From contig OZ243972.1 of NCBI GenBank assembly GCA_965214705.1, positions 3,360,001 to 3,424,000 of the forward strand: a stretch of DNA of 64,000 nt, read 5' to 3'. Source of the DNA: Alphaproteobacteria bacterium. GTDB taxonomy: Bacteria; Pseudomonadota; Alphaproteobacteria; UBA828. Both the position numbers and the translations under genes were made by a program. Numbering within the stretch: position 1 is the first letter of the stretch; every line of letters begins with the position of its first letter. The notes under the pieces were generated by a model, which ran no database searches, was not told the DNA's origin, and saw only the letters and a list, made by a program, of their open reading frames with translations. Positions 51,806 to 62,918 of this stretch are shown here, piece after piece.

Positions 51806-53542
51806 CTACCTTTGCGACGCGTCGTAGCCGTACACCTCCCGCGCGCGGCCTTCGGTCAGGTAGCCGTTCCTGATGTCGTCGGCGATGGCGTGCCGCGGCC
51901 GCTCCTTCGGGTCGCCATAGCCGCCGCCGTTGCCGGTGACGATGCGCACCACGTCCCCCTGACCCAGCCCAAAGTTCGTTACTTCCGCATGGCGCTCGAC
52001 GGTTCCGTCGGTGCGACGGATCTCGACGTAGTTGGGCGAGCCGTCGCGCCCGCCGGCAAGCCCCCAGGGTGGGAAGCGCGAGCGGGTGTAGAAGCAGGTG
52101 AGGAAGCCGTCTTGCGCGCGCACGCGGTAGTCGGCGCGAATTCCTTTTCCGCCCCGCTCGCGGCCTTCGCCGCCGGGGTCCGGGTTGAGCTCCAGCCGAT
52201 CCACGAACAGGCCGTTGCGCGCCTCGTTGATCTCGGCCGGGCAGTTGAACGTGAGGCCGTGAAAGCCCGAGAACACGGCGCTCGATCCGTCGCCCGCCGG
52301 ATGCCCGCCCCAGCCGCCGAGCTGGGGCTCCACGATCGTATATGGCCGGCCGGTGTCCGGGTGAATGCCGCCGAGCACGGTGGCGCACATGGAGGCGTGG
52401 TGGCCGGCCGGCAGCATCTCCGGCAGGTGGCTCGCGAGGCAGCGCCACAGCAGGTCGTAGAGCCTGAGCACGGTCTCGTAGTAGACGCCGTGAGCCGCCG
52501 GCTCCTCGGGGTCGAAGACCGTGCCCTTCTTCGTGAAGAACTGCAGCGGCCGGAAGTTGCCGCCGTTGCAGATCGGCCGCGGGTCCGACACCGCCTTCAG
52601 CAGAAGCTGGGCGGCGAGCAGCGAGGCGTCCCGGCTGATGTTGTAGGGGCCGGGCTCCGGCGGGTTGTCGCGCACGTCCACGATAAACGTGTCGTCGCGG
52701 ATCTCGATCGTGCAGCCGTAGACCAGCCCGGAATCCTGCTCCTCCTTGTACGTGAAGCGCCCCTTCGGCAGCTCCTTCAGCGCCTCGCGGGTCATGCGCT
52801 CGCCATAGTCGAGATAGCGCTCGATCGCTTCGCGGAAGATCGGCGCGCCGTACTTGCGCACGACCCCCTCCAGCCTGCGCGCGCCCACGCGCACCGCCGC
52901 GATGCCCGCCCACAGGTCGCCCTCGAGGAAGTCCGGCATGCGCGAGTTGATCTTCATCACTTCGATGAGGGGCTCGTTGGGCTCGCTCTTGGCGACGATC
53001 TTGACGCCGGGCAGGCGCAGGCCCTCCTGGAAGATCTCGGTTGCGGTCGGCGCCATGGAGCCGGGAACCATGCCGCCCACATCGTTCCAGTGCGCGATGT
53101 CGGCCGTCCACGCCACGATCTCGCCGTCGACGAAGACGGGCATGAGGAAGGCCACGTCGTTGAGGTGCGTGACGCCGCCATTATAGGGGTCGTTGGTGAC
53201 GAAGACGTCGCCAGGCTCGATCTCGATCCCTTCGGCCTCGCACTTGCGGATCATGAACAGAACCGCTTTGTCCAGGCCGGCCACGAAGAGCGGAATGCCC
53301 GCGCCTGCGCTCGCGAGATTGCCCTTCGGGTCCACGATTGCGGTTCCCATGTCGAGAACCTCGTAGATGATCGCGCTCATCGCGGTCTTGCGCATGGCGA
53401 CGAACATCTCGTCGCAGATCGCCTGCAGCGCGTTCTGGATGATCTCGATCGTGAAGGGATCGTGTTGCTCGGTGACGCCGAGACTCGTGTCGTGCGACGG
53501 CTGAGTGGCCATGCGACCGTCTCCGTTATCCCTGGCGGACAT
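51806..53542 (-). CDS. Hydantoinase B/oxoprolinase subunit (pair 2)
   Basis: DPFTIEII, NDPYNGGVTHLND, AHWNDVGG.VPGS, IFQEGLRLP, GNGGGYGDP.ER. The start may be 53512. Confidence 0.95.
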   Translation of the reverse strand: MSARDNGDGRMATQPSHDTSLGVTEQHDPFTIEIIQNALQAICDEMFVAMRKTAMSAIIYEVLDMGTAIVDPKGNLASAGAGIPLFVAGLDKAVLFMIRKCEAEGIEIEPGDVFVTNDPYNGGVTHLNDVAFLMPVFVDGEIVAWTADIAHWNDVGGMVPGSMAPTATEIFQEGLRLPGVKIVAKSEPNEPLIEVMKINSRMPDFLEGDLWAGIAAVRVGARRLEGVVRKYGAPIFREAIERYLDYGERMTREALKELPKGRFTYKEEQDSGLVYGCTIEIRDDTFIVDVRDNPPEPGPYNISRDASLLAAQLLLKAVSDPRPICNGGNFRPLQFFTKKGTVFDPEEPAAHGVYYETVLRLYDLLWRCLASHLPEMLPAGHHASMCATVLGGIHPDTGRPYTIVEPQLGGWGGHPAGDGSSAVFSGFHGLTFNCPAEINEARNGLFVDRLELNPDPGGEGRERGGKGIRADYRVRAQDGFLTCFYTRSRFPPWGLAGGRDGSPNYVEIRRTDGTVERHAEVTNFGLGQGDVVRIVTGNGGGYGDPKERPRHAIADDIRNGYLTEGRAREVYGYDASQR

Positions 53543-55607
53543 GTAGAATTACGTTCCCGAATCTGTCGATGGCCGCGTCATCGCCAGGGCGGACGACGAT
53601 GGTTGCGCCGGCTTCCTCGATGATGGCGGGCCCGTCGAACCTCATGCCGGGCTCCAGCATAGCGCCGTCGTAGAGGGTGGCCTCGTGCCGGCCCTCGAGG
53701 TCGAAGTCGACCATGCGGCGGCCCTTCTCGGCATCGGCGAGGTCTCGGCCTTGCACGGGCTTCTCGACCAGCGCGAGCTTGCCGACCTCCGCCTGTCCGA
53801 CGAGATGGAGGCCGACCACCTCCACCGCTGTATCGAGGCGGTAGGTGTACTCGCGTTCGTAATTGGTCTCGAAGCGTTCTCTGACAGCGGTGAGGTTCCC
53901 GCCGGTGACGCCTTCATCCGGCAGCAGCACTTCCGCAGAGTGCTCCTGGTTGCGGTAGCGGAAGCGGGCGAGGCGAACGAAGGTGACGCCGCCGGTATCG
54001 AACCCCTCCGCATCGAACTGGGCCAGCGCCTGGCGCTCCATGAGGTCGAAGGCGTCGCCCAGCGCTGCCGGCGCGTCCTCGTCAAGATCGCAAAGGAAGG
54101 TCCTGAAGTAGTCGCGCCGCAGGTCCGACATGACCATGCCCCAGGCCGCGAAGACCGCGGATTCCGCTGGAATGATCACCTTCTCGATCTGCAGCTCGGC
54201 GGCGAGCGCGCTCGCGTGCATGCCGCCGCCGCCGCCGAAGGCGAGCAGCGTGAAGTCGCGCGGATCATGGCCGCGGTTGAGCGAGACCAGCTTCAGCGCG
54301 TTGATCATATTGTGATTGGCGATGCGGACGATCCCGCGCGCCGCCTCCTCGCGCGAGACCCCGAGCACGCCCGCGAGGGTGTCGAGCGCGCTGTTCACGG
54401 CCGCCATGTCGGCTGTGATCGCGCCGCCGCAGAAGTAGTCGGCGTTGATTCTGCCGAGCGCCAGGTTCGCATCTGTGGTGGTGGGCTCGCTGCCGCCCTT
54501 GGCGTACGCGACGGGGCCGGGGTCGGCGCCGGCGCTGCGCGGCCCGACGTGGAGCCGGCCGAGATGATCGACCCAGGCGATGGACCCGCCGCCATTGCCG
54601 ATCTCCACCAGGTCCACCACCGGCACCAGGATCGGGTAGCCAGCGCTCTCCCGGTCGCGCTCGATCCAGTAGTCGGAGATGATCGTCACGTGCCCGCCTT
54701 CGACGAGCGAGCACTTGGCGGTGGTGCCGCCGATGTCGAGCGCCAGCACGTTGGGCTCGCCCAACAGGCGGCCGAGTTCCGCCGCTCCCCACACGCCGCT
54801 CGCCGGCCCCGATTCCACCATCTTGATCGGCGTCTCGCGGGTCGCGTCCACGGTGTCGACGCCGCAGTTCGACTGCATGATGTAGAGCTGGCCGCCGAAC
54901 TCGCTGGCCTCCAGGGTCTGGTTGAGCTTGGACAGGTAGCGATCGGCGGCAGGCTTAACGTAGGCCGAGAGGACAGCCGTGTTGGTCCGCTCGTACTCCC
55001 GCCACTGGCGCGTGATCTGGTGGGACGCCACGGCGGAAAGTTCAGGCGCCAGGCGTTGCACCGCCGCCAGCGTCTCGGCCTCGTGGGCGTCGTTCGCATA
55101 AGAATGCAGCAGGCAGATGGCAACGGCCTCGACCTCCGCCGCCCGCAGGGCGTCCACGATCTCCGGTAGGCCAGAGAGGTCGAGCAGCTGCAGCTCGTCG
55201 CCCGCGTAGCTGATGCGGCCGGGGACTTCGAAGCGCAGATAGCGCGGCACGAAGGGCGGCGGCTTGCGGTAAGTCAGGTCGAAATAGTTGGGGCGGTCGC
55301 CGCGTGCGATCTCGAGCACGTCGCGAAAGCCCTCGGTCGTGATGAGCGCCGTCCGCGCGCCCTTGCGCTCGGTCACGGCGTTGATGACCACCGTGGTCCC
55401 GTGCGCGAGAAAGGCGATGTCGGCAAACGCGACGTCCGACTTCTTCAGGACCTCGAAGACGCCCCGCTCGTAGTCGGGCGGGGTTGTGTCGACCTTGGCG
55501 GTCCGCACGGTTTGATGGCCGGTTTTCGGATCGGCCTCGAAGCACACGAGGTCGGTGAAGGTTCCGCCCACGTCGGTTGCGACTCTCACATTTCCTCGTG
55601 CCGTCAC
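53526..55607 (-). CDS. Hydantoinase A/oxoprolinase subunit (pair 2)
   Basis: DVGGTFTD, HGTTVVINA, ESGPASG, DIGGTTAK, GNGGGSIA, VGPRSAGADPGP. Start codon approximate. Confidence 0.93.
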   Translation of the reverse strand: MTARGNVRVATDVGGTFTDLVCFEADPKTGHQTVRTAKVDTTPPDYERGVFEVLKKSDVAFADIAFLAHGTTVVINAVTERKGARTALITTEGFRDVLEIARGDRPNYFDLTYRKPPPFVPRYLRFEVPGRISYAGDELQLLDLSGLPEIVDALRAAEVEAVAICLLHSYANDAHEAETLAAVQRLAPELSAVASHQITRQWREYERTNTAVLSAYVKPAADRYLSKLNQTLEASEFGGQLYIMQSNCGVDTVDATRETPIKMVESGPASGVWGAAELGRLLGEPNVLALDIGGTTAKCSLVEGGHVTIISDYWIERDRESAGYPILVPVVDLVEIGNGGGSIAWVDHLGRLHVGPRSAGADPGPVAYAKGGSEPTTTDANLALGRINADYFCGGAITADMAAVNSALDTLAGVLGVSREEAARGIVRIANHNMINALKLVSLNRGHDPRDFTLLAFGGGGGMHASALAAELQIEKVIIPAESAVFAAWGMVMSDLRRDYFRTFLCDLDEDAPAALGDAFDLMERQALAQFDAEGFDTGGVTFVRLARFRYRNQEHSAEVLLPDEGVTGGNLTAVRERFETNYEREYTYRLDTAVEVVGLHLVGQAEVGKLALVEKPVQGRDLADAEKGRRMVDFDLEGRHEATLYDGAMLEPGMRFDGPAIIEEAGATIVVRPGDDAAIDRFGNVILHVRQG

Positions 55608-55852
55608 TGCTGCAGCGCCTGCCTTGTCGCGGTGTATTCCGCCATTCTCGACCCGTCGGGATGGGCTCGTCCATGTTGTCAAAATTCTCGGCGGTTTCAA
55701 ATGTTCGGGTGCGGGCACACACAGGACGGCATGCGATAATGTTGTGGACAGGGTGGAATGCCGCGCAACCCAATTGGGTCGCGGCCTTGCTGTCTGCGCA
55801 GTCGCGCTCACGTCAACAGGAGGGGCGGCGGCCGTGAGGTCGCCGCGAAGGC

Positions 55853-56827
55853 ATGGCGAACATTGGCTGGGATGCCCATAGCTGCGTTCCGCTGAAGGCG
55901 GACTACGACATCGTTTCGCTGAAACGGCATCGGAACGCCGGCTTCGATTTCGTCTCGATCAATGTGGGTATGGACATGACGCCGATTGCCGACGTCGTGT
56001 CCTTGATCGCGTCATTTCGCGCGCAGATCGCGCGCGAACCCGAATTCGTTGCCGCCTGTTCCATCGAGGATGTCCGCACGGCGGCGCAGCAGAACAAGCT
56101 CGCGGTCGGCTTCGATCTGGAGGGCTCGAAGCCGCTCTTGGCCAACCCCTCGATGGTTGCCCTCTACGCCGAGCTTGGCGTTCGGCAAATGCTCCTCGCC
56201 TACAACCGCGCCAACGAGGCCGCTGGTGGGTGCTACGAGGTCGACGCTTCCCTGACGGCACTCGGGGTAGAGTTCGTGCACGCCTGCGAGGAGGCGGGCA
56301 TCGTCGTCGACTGCTCCCACATGAACGAGCGGACTGCGATGCGGATTATGGAAATCGCAGAAAAGCCGACTGTCTTCAGCCACTCCAACGCGCGCATGCT
56401 GAACGGCAATCTGCGCAACATTACCGACGACATGATCGATGCGTGCGCCGCGCGCGGCGGCGTCATCGGCGTCAACGGCGTGAGCGCCTTCCTGCCCGGC
56501 GGCGAGGCCGAGGCCGACGCGATGATCCGGGTCATCGACTATCTGTCCGAGCGCGTGGGCACCCGGCACATTGGCGTCGGGTTAGACTACGTCTACGACT
56601 TGGAGTTGGAAGAGCTGCCGGAAGGGACGGATCCCGCCTACTGGTTCCCGCCGGAGTTCGGCTACGACGAAGGCTTCTACAAGAGCCTCGATTTCGTCTC
56701 ACCGGAAGCGGCCGGTGGTCTCAGTGTGCGGTTGGCGGCGCGCGGTTACGAAGCCGACGAAGTCGCGGCCATTATGGGAGGAAACTTCCTCCGCGTGGCT
56801 GAGCAATGTTGGAGCCAGCAACAATGA
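55853..56827 (+). CDS. Membrane (renal-type, M19) dipeptidase family metallohydrolase
   Basis: WDAHSC, DLEG, VDCSH, FSHSN, RNITD, GGVIGV, HIGVGLD, IMGGNFLRV. Confidence 0.9.
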   Translation: MANIGWDAHSCVPLKADYDIVSLKRHRNAGFDFVSINVGMDMTPIADVVSLIASFRAQIAREPEFVAACSIEDVRTAAQQNKLAVGFDLEGSKPLLANPSMVALYAELGVRQMLLAYNRANEAAGGCYEVDASLTALGVEFVHACEEAGIVVDCSHMNERTAMRIMEIAEKPTVFSHSNARMLNGNLRNITDDMIDACAARGGVIGVNGVSAFLPGGEAEADAMIRVIDYLSERVGTRHIGVGLDYVYDLELEELPEGTDPAYWFPPEFGYDEGFYKSLDFVSPEAAGGLSVRLAARGYEADEVAAIMGGNFLRVAEQCWSQQQ

Positions 56828-57027
56828 ACGGGAGCGGACTATTGATCGGTGGGTGCCCCCTGCCGACGGCATCGCGATCTGCCACGGTGCTGGCGCATCG
56901 GACTACCTGAAGGAGGAGTCATCCGTCAAACGAACCAGCAATTTCGGGATCGATCTCGATAAGCGCCGCCTTCAGCCGCATGGGGTTCGGGCAAACGGAT
57001 CGGTTGTGTTCCACAAGATGGTGCTAA

Positions 57028-58229
57028 GGAAGGTCTGATCAAGTCGGGTGTGCCATGATTTTCGTAGGAGTCGCAGATTGGATGATCGGGTCATGGCACA
57101 GGCGAGCTTTTCGGAACTGGAGCACGACTTGAAGAAGCGCCGGACGCGGCGCGAGCTGTTCCTGGAGAAGATGGACAAGCTGGTTCCCTGGGAGCGGCTG
57201 GAACGGCGGATCGAGCCGTTCTATCCGAAGGCGGGGCGCGGTCGGCGCCCGTACCCGCTTGCGGTGATGCTGCGCGTTCACTGCGTGCAGCTGTTCTACA
57301 ACCTGAGCGATCCGGGGATGGAGGACCTGCTCTACGAGGTGGAGTCGGTGCGGCGTTTCGTGGGGCTGCGGCTGGCGGAGGCGTTGCCTGACGAGACCAC
57401 CATCCTGAACTTCCGGCATCTTCTGGAGAAGCACGGCCTGGGCGAGGGTCTGTTCGAGGAGATCAATGCGCACCTGGCGTCGCGCGGCCATTGGCTGCGC
57501 ACGGGGACGATCGTTGACGCGAGCATCATCGAGGCGCCGTCGTCGACGAAGAACCGGCGCCGCGCACGGGACCCTGAGATGCGTCAGACGAGGAAGGGCA
57601 AGCAGTGGTATTTCGGGATGAAGGCGCACATCGGGGTGGACGCCGGGTCGGGTCTGGCACACAGCGTGGTGACGACGGCGGCCAACGCAAGCGACGTGAC
57701 GCAGGCGGGAGCGCTGCTGCATGGCGCTGAGACGACGGCGTGGGGCGACGCGGGCTACCAGGGGGTGGAGAAGCGGCCTGAGCACCGGGATGGCGGTGTC
57801 GAGTGGCGTGTGGCGATGAAGCCGGGGCGGCGCCGGCTGCTGGCCGGGGGTGGCGCCGAAGCGGCGGCCGAGACGCGCAAGGCGTCGGTGCGGGCGAAGG
57901 TGGAGCATCCGTTCCTGTACGTGAAGCGGCACTTCGGCTACGCCAAGGTGCGCTACCGGGGCGTGGCGAAGAACAGGCAGCGCATCGCGTTGCTGCTGGG
58001 GTTCTCGAACCTGCTGATCGCCGGCCGCTACGCGACGCAATGACAGGGGAGCAGTCCGCCCGCCGCCGGCGGGACGACGGGGAATGCGGCGGATCGACGC
58101 GGATATCGCCCGTTCGCTCCGTATCCCGCGACAAAAGCAGCCCCCGGCCTGCCGGCAATATCGTCGAGCTTCAAATCCAAGCCCCCTCTCCCCCTCGAAG
58201 CCGCCAAGATGGGGTTGTTCAGACTTTCC
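57028..58229 (+). mobile_element. IS5-family (IS5 subgroup) element, 1202 bp
   Basis: IR ggaaggtctgatcaa / ttgttcagactttcc; 4-bp TSD ctaa (YTAR) at 57024-57027 and 58230-58233. Confidence 0.93.
57093..58043 (+). CDS. IS5 transposase
   Basis: PDETTILNFRHLLE, IVDASII, WYFGMKAHIGVD, GDAGYQG, RAKVEHPF. Confidence 0.95.
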   Translation: MAQASFSELEHDLKKRRTRRELFLEKMDKLVPWERLERRIEPFYPKAGRGRRPYPLAVMLRVHCVQLFYNLSDPGMEDLLYEVESVRRFVGLRLAEALPDETTILNFRHLLEKHGLGEGLFEEINAHLASRGHWLRTGTIVDASIIEAPSSTKNRRRARDPEMRQTRKGKQWYFGMKAHIGVDAGSGLAHSVVTTAANASDVTQAGALLHGAETTAWGDAGYQGVEKRPEHRDGGVEWRVAMKPGRRRLLAGGGAEAAAETRKASVRAKVEHPFLYVKRHFGYAKVRYRGVAKNRQRIALLLGFSNLLIAGRYATQ

Positions 58230-58626
58230 CTAAGAGTCGAACTCTGACCCCGCAGGATCCAGCCTGCAACAAAAGTGGGTTACGGTACCGATCGGCGGCA
58301 CTCCGATCTGCACTTACCCTCACTGATCCTCCCCCATCGAACTGGTCCACCTTTAGGTTTGGGAAAGAGTAGGACTGACCTGCTTCCTAGAATCCCGGCC
58401 ACGGGTAACCAGGGGATTCTCGGTTAGGTTTTCGATGGGTGTCGCGCCCGCTGAATGTCGCGCTCACCCTCGGCTGGAGCCTGACCGCTTCTCTGCGGCC
58501 CGACGTCGCCTTCGCGACGGCGGAGCCATTTTTGTTCACAATCCCCACGCACAGAAATTTTGGCCGGAGCCTCTTGACCCCGGCCTGATTGAAGTGCGTC
58601 GGAGGCGCGGATAGGAGCGCATCGAG

Positions 58627-58834
58627 TCAGTCGCTTGATTTGGCCCTACCACCATTCACCGCCAGCGCGATGGCCACACCGATGCGTTCAGCCCCGGCCT
58701 CGGTCTCGCGGTCGCCAACGTGTGCATAGCGCAGCGTCATGCTCGGCCGCTTGTGGCCGAGCAGGCGCGAGCCGACGGGCAACGGGATGCCCTGCAACAC
58801 GGCGTGGCTCGCGAATGAGTGGCAGAAGTCGTGT
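58627..58834 (-). pseudogene. C-terminal remnant of a tyrosine integrase closely related to 19140..20300
   Basis: HDFCHSFASHAVLQGIPLPVGSRLLGHKRPSMTLRYAHVGDRETEAGAERIG versus HDLRHTFASHAVLQGIPLPVVSRLLGHRRPSMTMRYAHVSDKETEAAAERIG. Confidence 0.85.
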
Positions 58835-59037
58835 ATAATTCTGCAAACTGCGGCTGCTGGCGCCTGAGATGCGCTGAGGTATGATTAACCACTATATAAC
58901 AGCAGCTTGTGACAAGTCGTTTGGCAGATTCGGGGCTTGAATTCGGCAGGCGGTGCGGCTAATACTGCCTCGTTCATCCGCCCGGTCGGTTCCTGCTTGC
59001 TACCGGATTTTCGACCGCCGAAAACCGCGAGTGCCGA

Positions 59038-60237
59038 ATGATGCCGAAACGGAATGCCATTCGGATTTCCAGGCGGTCGGTGGAACGCCTGACCGTCGAG
59101 CGCGGCGATGCGCTGTTCTGGGACCGCGACCTCACGGGCTTCGGCGTCAGGGTCTATGCGACCGGCCGCAAGGTCTACGTGGCCCAGACGCGGGGGCCGA
59201 CGGGCCGGTCCAGGCGCGTGCCCATCGGCGTGCACGGCGCCGTCGCGCCGGACGAGGCGCGCGGCGAGGCGGCGGCGGTCCTCGACCGCCTCGGGCGCGG
59301 CGAGGACCCGTTCCCGCCGGAGCCGGAGCCGGAACCGACGATGGCCGACCTGGCCGAGCGTTACGTCAAGGCCCACCTCGAAGTGAACTGCCGGCCGAAC
59401 ACGGTGAAGACGTGCCGGCGCGTGCTCGATCTCCACATCCTGCCGGCGCTGGGGCACCTGCCGGTGGCGTCGGTCGAGCGCTCCCATGTCGCGGAGCTCC
59501 ATTTCAGGATGCGGGACAAGCCCGCCCAGGCGAACCAGGCGGTGGAGGTTCTCTCCAAGATGTTCCGGCTCGCCGAGACCTGGCGCATGACGCCGCCGCG
59601 CCGCAGCCCGTGTCGGCGGATACGCGCCTACAAGAGGGTTCGCCGGGAGCGTTTCCTGACCCCGGAGGAGTATCGCCGCCTCGACCGCGTGCTGGACGAG
59701 GCGGAGGCGGCGGGCGGGTTCCTGCCGTCCGGCATCGCCGCGATCCGGCTGCTGCTGCTGACGGGCTGCCGCAAGAACGAGATCGTCACGCTCCGGTGGG
59801 ACGACATCGACCGCACCGCGGGCGAGATCCGGATTCGCGACGCCAAGACCGGCGCGCGGCGCGTCCCGCTGACGCGGGCGGTGGAGTTCGTGCTGGCCGG
59901 CATCCCGCGGATCGAGGGCAACCCGTGGGTCATCGTCGGGCAGAATCCGGGCGACCACCTGAAGAACCTCGACCAGATCTGGCTCAGGCTGCGCCCGCGC
60001 GCCGGGCTCGACGGCGTGCGCATTCACGATTGCCGACACAGTTACGCCTCCCGCGCGCTGGCGATCGGCGAGGGCCTGCCGATGATCGGCAAGCTGCTCG
60101 GGCACCGCAAGGTGACGACGACGGCGCGCTACGCGCATCTGGTGCGGGACACGGAGAGGGCCTCGGCGCACAAGGTCGGGCGCAGCATCGGCGGGGACAT
60201 TCTGGGCGGGAACGCGGACGACGCCCGCGCGGCCTGA
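59038..60237 (+). CDS. Tyrosine integrase with arm-binding domain (tandem pair 2, first)
   Basis: FWDRDLTGFGVRVYATG; TGCRKNE, DAKTG, HDCRH, LLGH, ARYAH. Confidence 0.92.
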   Translation: MMPKRNAIRISRRSVERLTVERGDALFWDRDLTGFGVRVYATGRKVYVAQTRGPTGRSRRVPIGVHGAVAPDEARGEAAAVLDRLGRGEDPFPPEPEPEPTMADLAERYVKAHLEVNCRPNTVKTCRRVLDLHILPALGHLPVASVERSHVAELHFRMRDKPAQANQAVEVLSKMFRLAETWRMTPPRRSPCRRIRAYKRVRRERFLTPEEYRRLDRVLDEAEAAGGFLPSGIAAIRLLLLTGCRKNEIVTLRWDDIDRTAGEIRIRDAKTGARRVPLTRAVEFVLAGIPRIEGNPWVIVGQNPGDHLKNLDQIWLRLRPRAGLDGVRIHDCRHSYASRALAIGEGLPMIGKLLGHRKVTTTARYAHLVRDTERASAHKVGRSIGGDILGGNADDARAA

Positions 60238-60269
60238 CGGGCGGCGCGCGGCGGAATCGGAGGACGGGC

Positions 60270-61460
60270 ATGGCCCGGTTCAGGACGAAGACGATATCGA
60301 AACGGACGGTCGACGCGCTGAAGGTGGACCGGGACACATTCTTCTGGGACAGCGAGCTCGCGGGCTTCGGGGTCCGGGTCCATCCCACGGGGCGGAAAGT
60401 CTACGTGGTGCAGACCCGGGCGGGCGGCGAGGCGGCGAAACGGGTGACGGTCGGCCGGCACGGCGTCATCACCGCCGAGGAGGCCCGGCGGCGCGCGGCG
60501 CAGATCATCTCGCGGATCAAGGCCGGCGAGGACCCGGTGCCGGAGCCGGCGGCGGTCAGGCTGGCCGCCAGCCCGACCGTGGGCGATCTGGCCCGGCGGT
60601 ATCTCGAGGAGCACGTCGCGGTGCGCTGCAAGCCGAAGACGGAGGCGACCTATCGGCTGGTGGTCGAGAAGCACATCCTGCCCCGGCTCGGCAAGCTCCC
60701 GGCGCTGGCCGTCGGGCACCGGGAGGTCACGGAGCTGCATCACGCGCTGCGCGCTACGCCGGTGATGGCGAACCACGTCGTCGATCTGCTGTCGCGCATC
60801 TACAACCTGGCGGAGGACCGGGGCGAGATCCCGGAGATGAGCAACCCCTGCCGCCTGGTCGCGAAGAACCGCGAGCGCAGCCGCGAGCGGTTCCTGACCG
60901 AGGAGGAGTTCCGGCGCCTCGGGCGGGTGCTGGACGAGGCGGAGACGAGCAAGGGGGTGTCGGCGCACGCCGTCGCGGCGATCCGGCTGCTGCTGCTGAC
61001 CGGCTGCCGCAAGGGCGAAATCCTGAACCTGCGGTGGGACCAGGTTGACCTGGAGGCCGGGGAACTGAACCTGCCCGACACCAAGACGGGGCCGCGCACG
61101 ATCGTGCTGTCGCCGGAGGCGGCGTCGGTGCTGCGGCGGATTCCCCGGCTGGCGGACAATCCGCATGTGATCCCGGGGAAGATCAGGGGCAGGCCGATGC
61201 GCAACCTGAACGACCCCTGGGAGATCGTCTGCGAGCGCGCCGGGCTCAAGGACATGCGGCTTCACGACTGCCGGCACTCTTACGCGTCCAGGGCGCTGGC
61301 GCTCGGCGAGAGCCTGCCGATGATCGGGCGCCTGCTCGGTCACACGCAGGTGGAAACCACGGCGCGGTATGCGCACCTGGCGCAGGATTCGGTGAAGGAG
61401 TCGGCGGACCGGGTGGCCGACAGCATTGCCGCCGATCTCCTTGCGAGGTACGCAGGCTGA
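60270..61460 (+). CDS. Tyrosine integrase with arm-binding domain (tandem pair 2, second)
   Basis: GGAGG RBS, ATG 60270; FWDSELAGFGVRVHPTG; TGCRKGE, DTKTG, HDCRH, LLGH, ARYAH. Confidence 0.92.
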   Translation: MARFRTKTISKRTVDALKVDRDTFFWDSELAGFGVRVHPTGRKVYVVQTRAGGEAAKRVTVGRHGVITAEEARRRAAQIISRIKAGEDPVPEPAAVRLAASPTVGDLARRYLEEHVAVRCKPKTEATYRLVVEKHILPRLGKLPALAVGHREVTELHHALRATPVMANHVVDLLSRIYNLAEDRGEIPEMSNPCRLVAKNRERSRERFLTEEEFRRLGRVLDEAETSKGVSAHAVAAIRLLLLTGCRKGEILNLRWDQVDLEAGELNLPDTKTGPRTIVLSPEAASVLRRIPRLADNPHVIPGKIRGRPMRNLNDPWEIVCERAGLKDMRLHDCRHSYASRALALGESLPMIGRLLGHTQVETTARYAHLAQDSVKESADRVADSIAADLLARYAG

Positions 61461-61622
61461 AGAGGCCCGTGGATCGGTGTTCCCGATTACCTATCGGAGA
61501 GCGGATCCGGATCAATTTGAAGGCGGCGCATGCGTCCGCTGGGGTGCCAGCCGGGCGATTTGCACGGGGAAGCGTTCCGCGGGCGGCGGGGTTTTCCGCC
61601 AAGGGTCGAGGATGGCGGCGGC

Positions 61623-62918
<1,296 letters not shown>

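Noticed and set aside
42864-55607. Acetone/acetophenone carboxylase complex
   Set aside because: No small Zn-binding gamma subunit is present, and the amidase, dipeptidase and amino-acid-type importers favour amide hydrolysis; not fully excluded.
58953-61460. Single 835-aa fusion ORF
   Set aside because: Its first half is an off-frame shadow of integrase 59038..60237; the real second gene starts at ATG 60270 after a GGAGG RBS.
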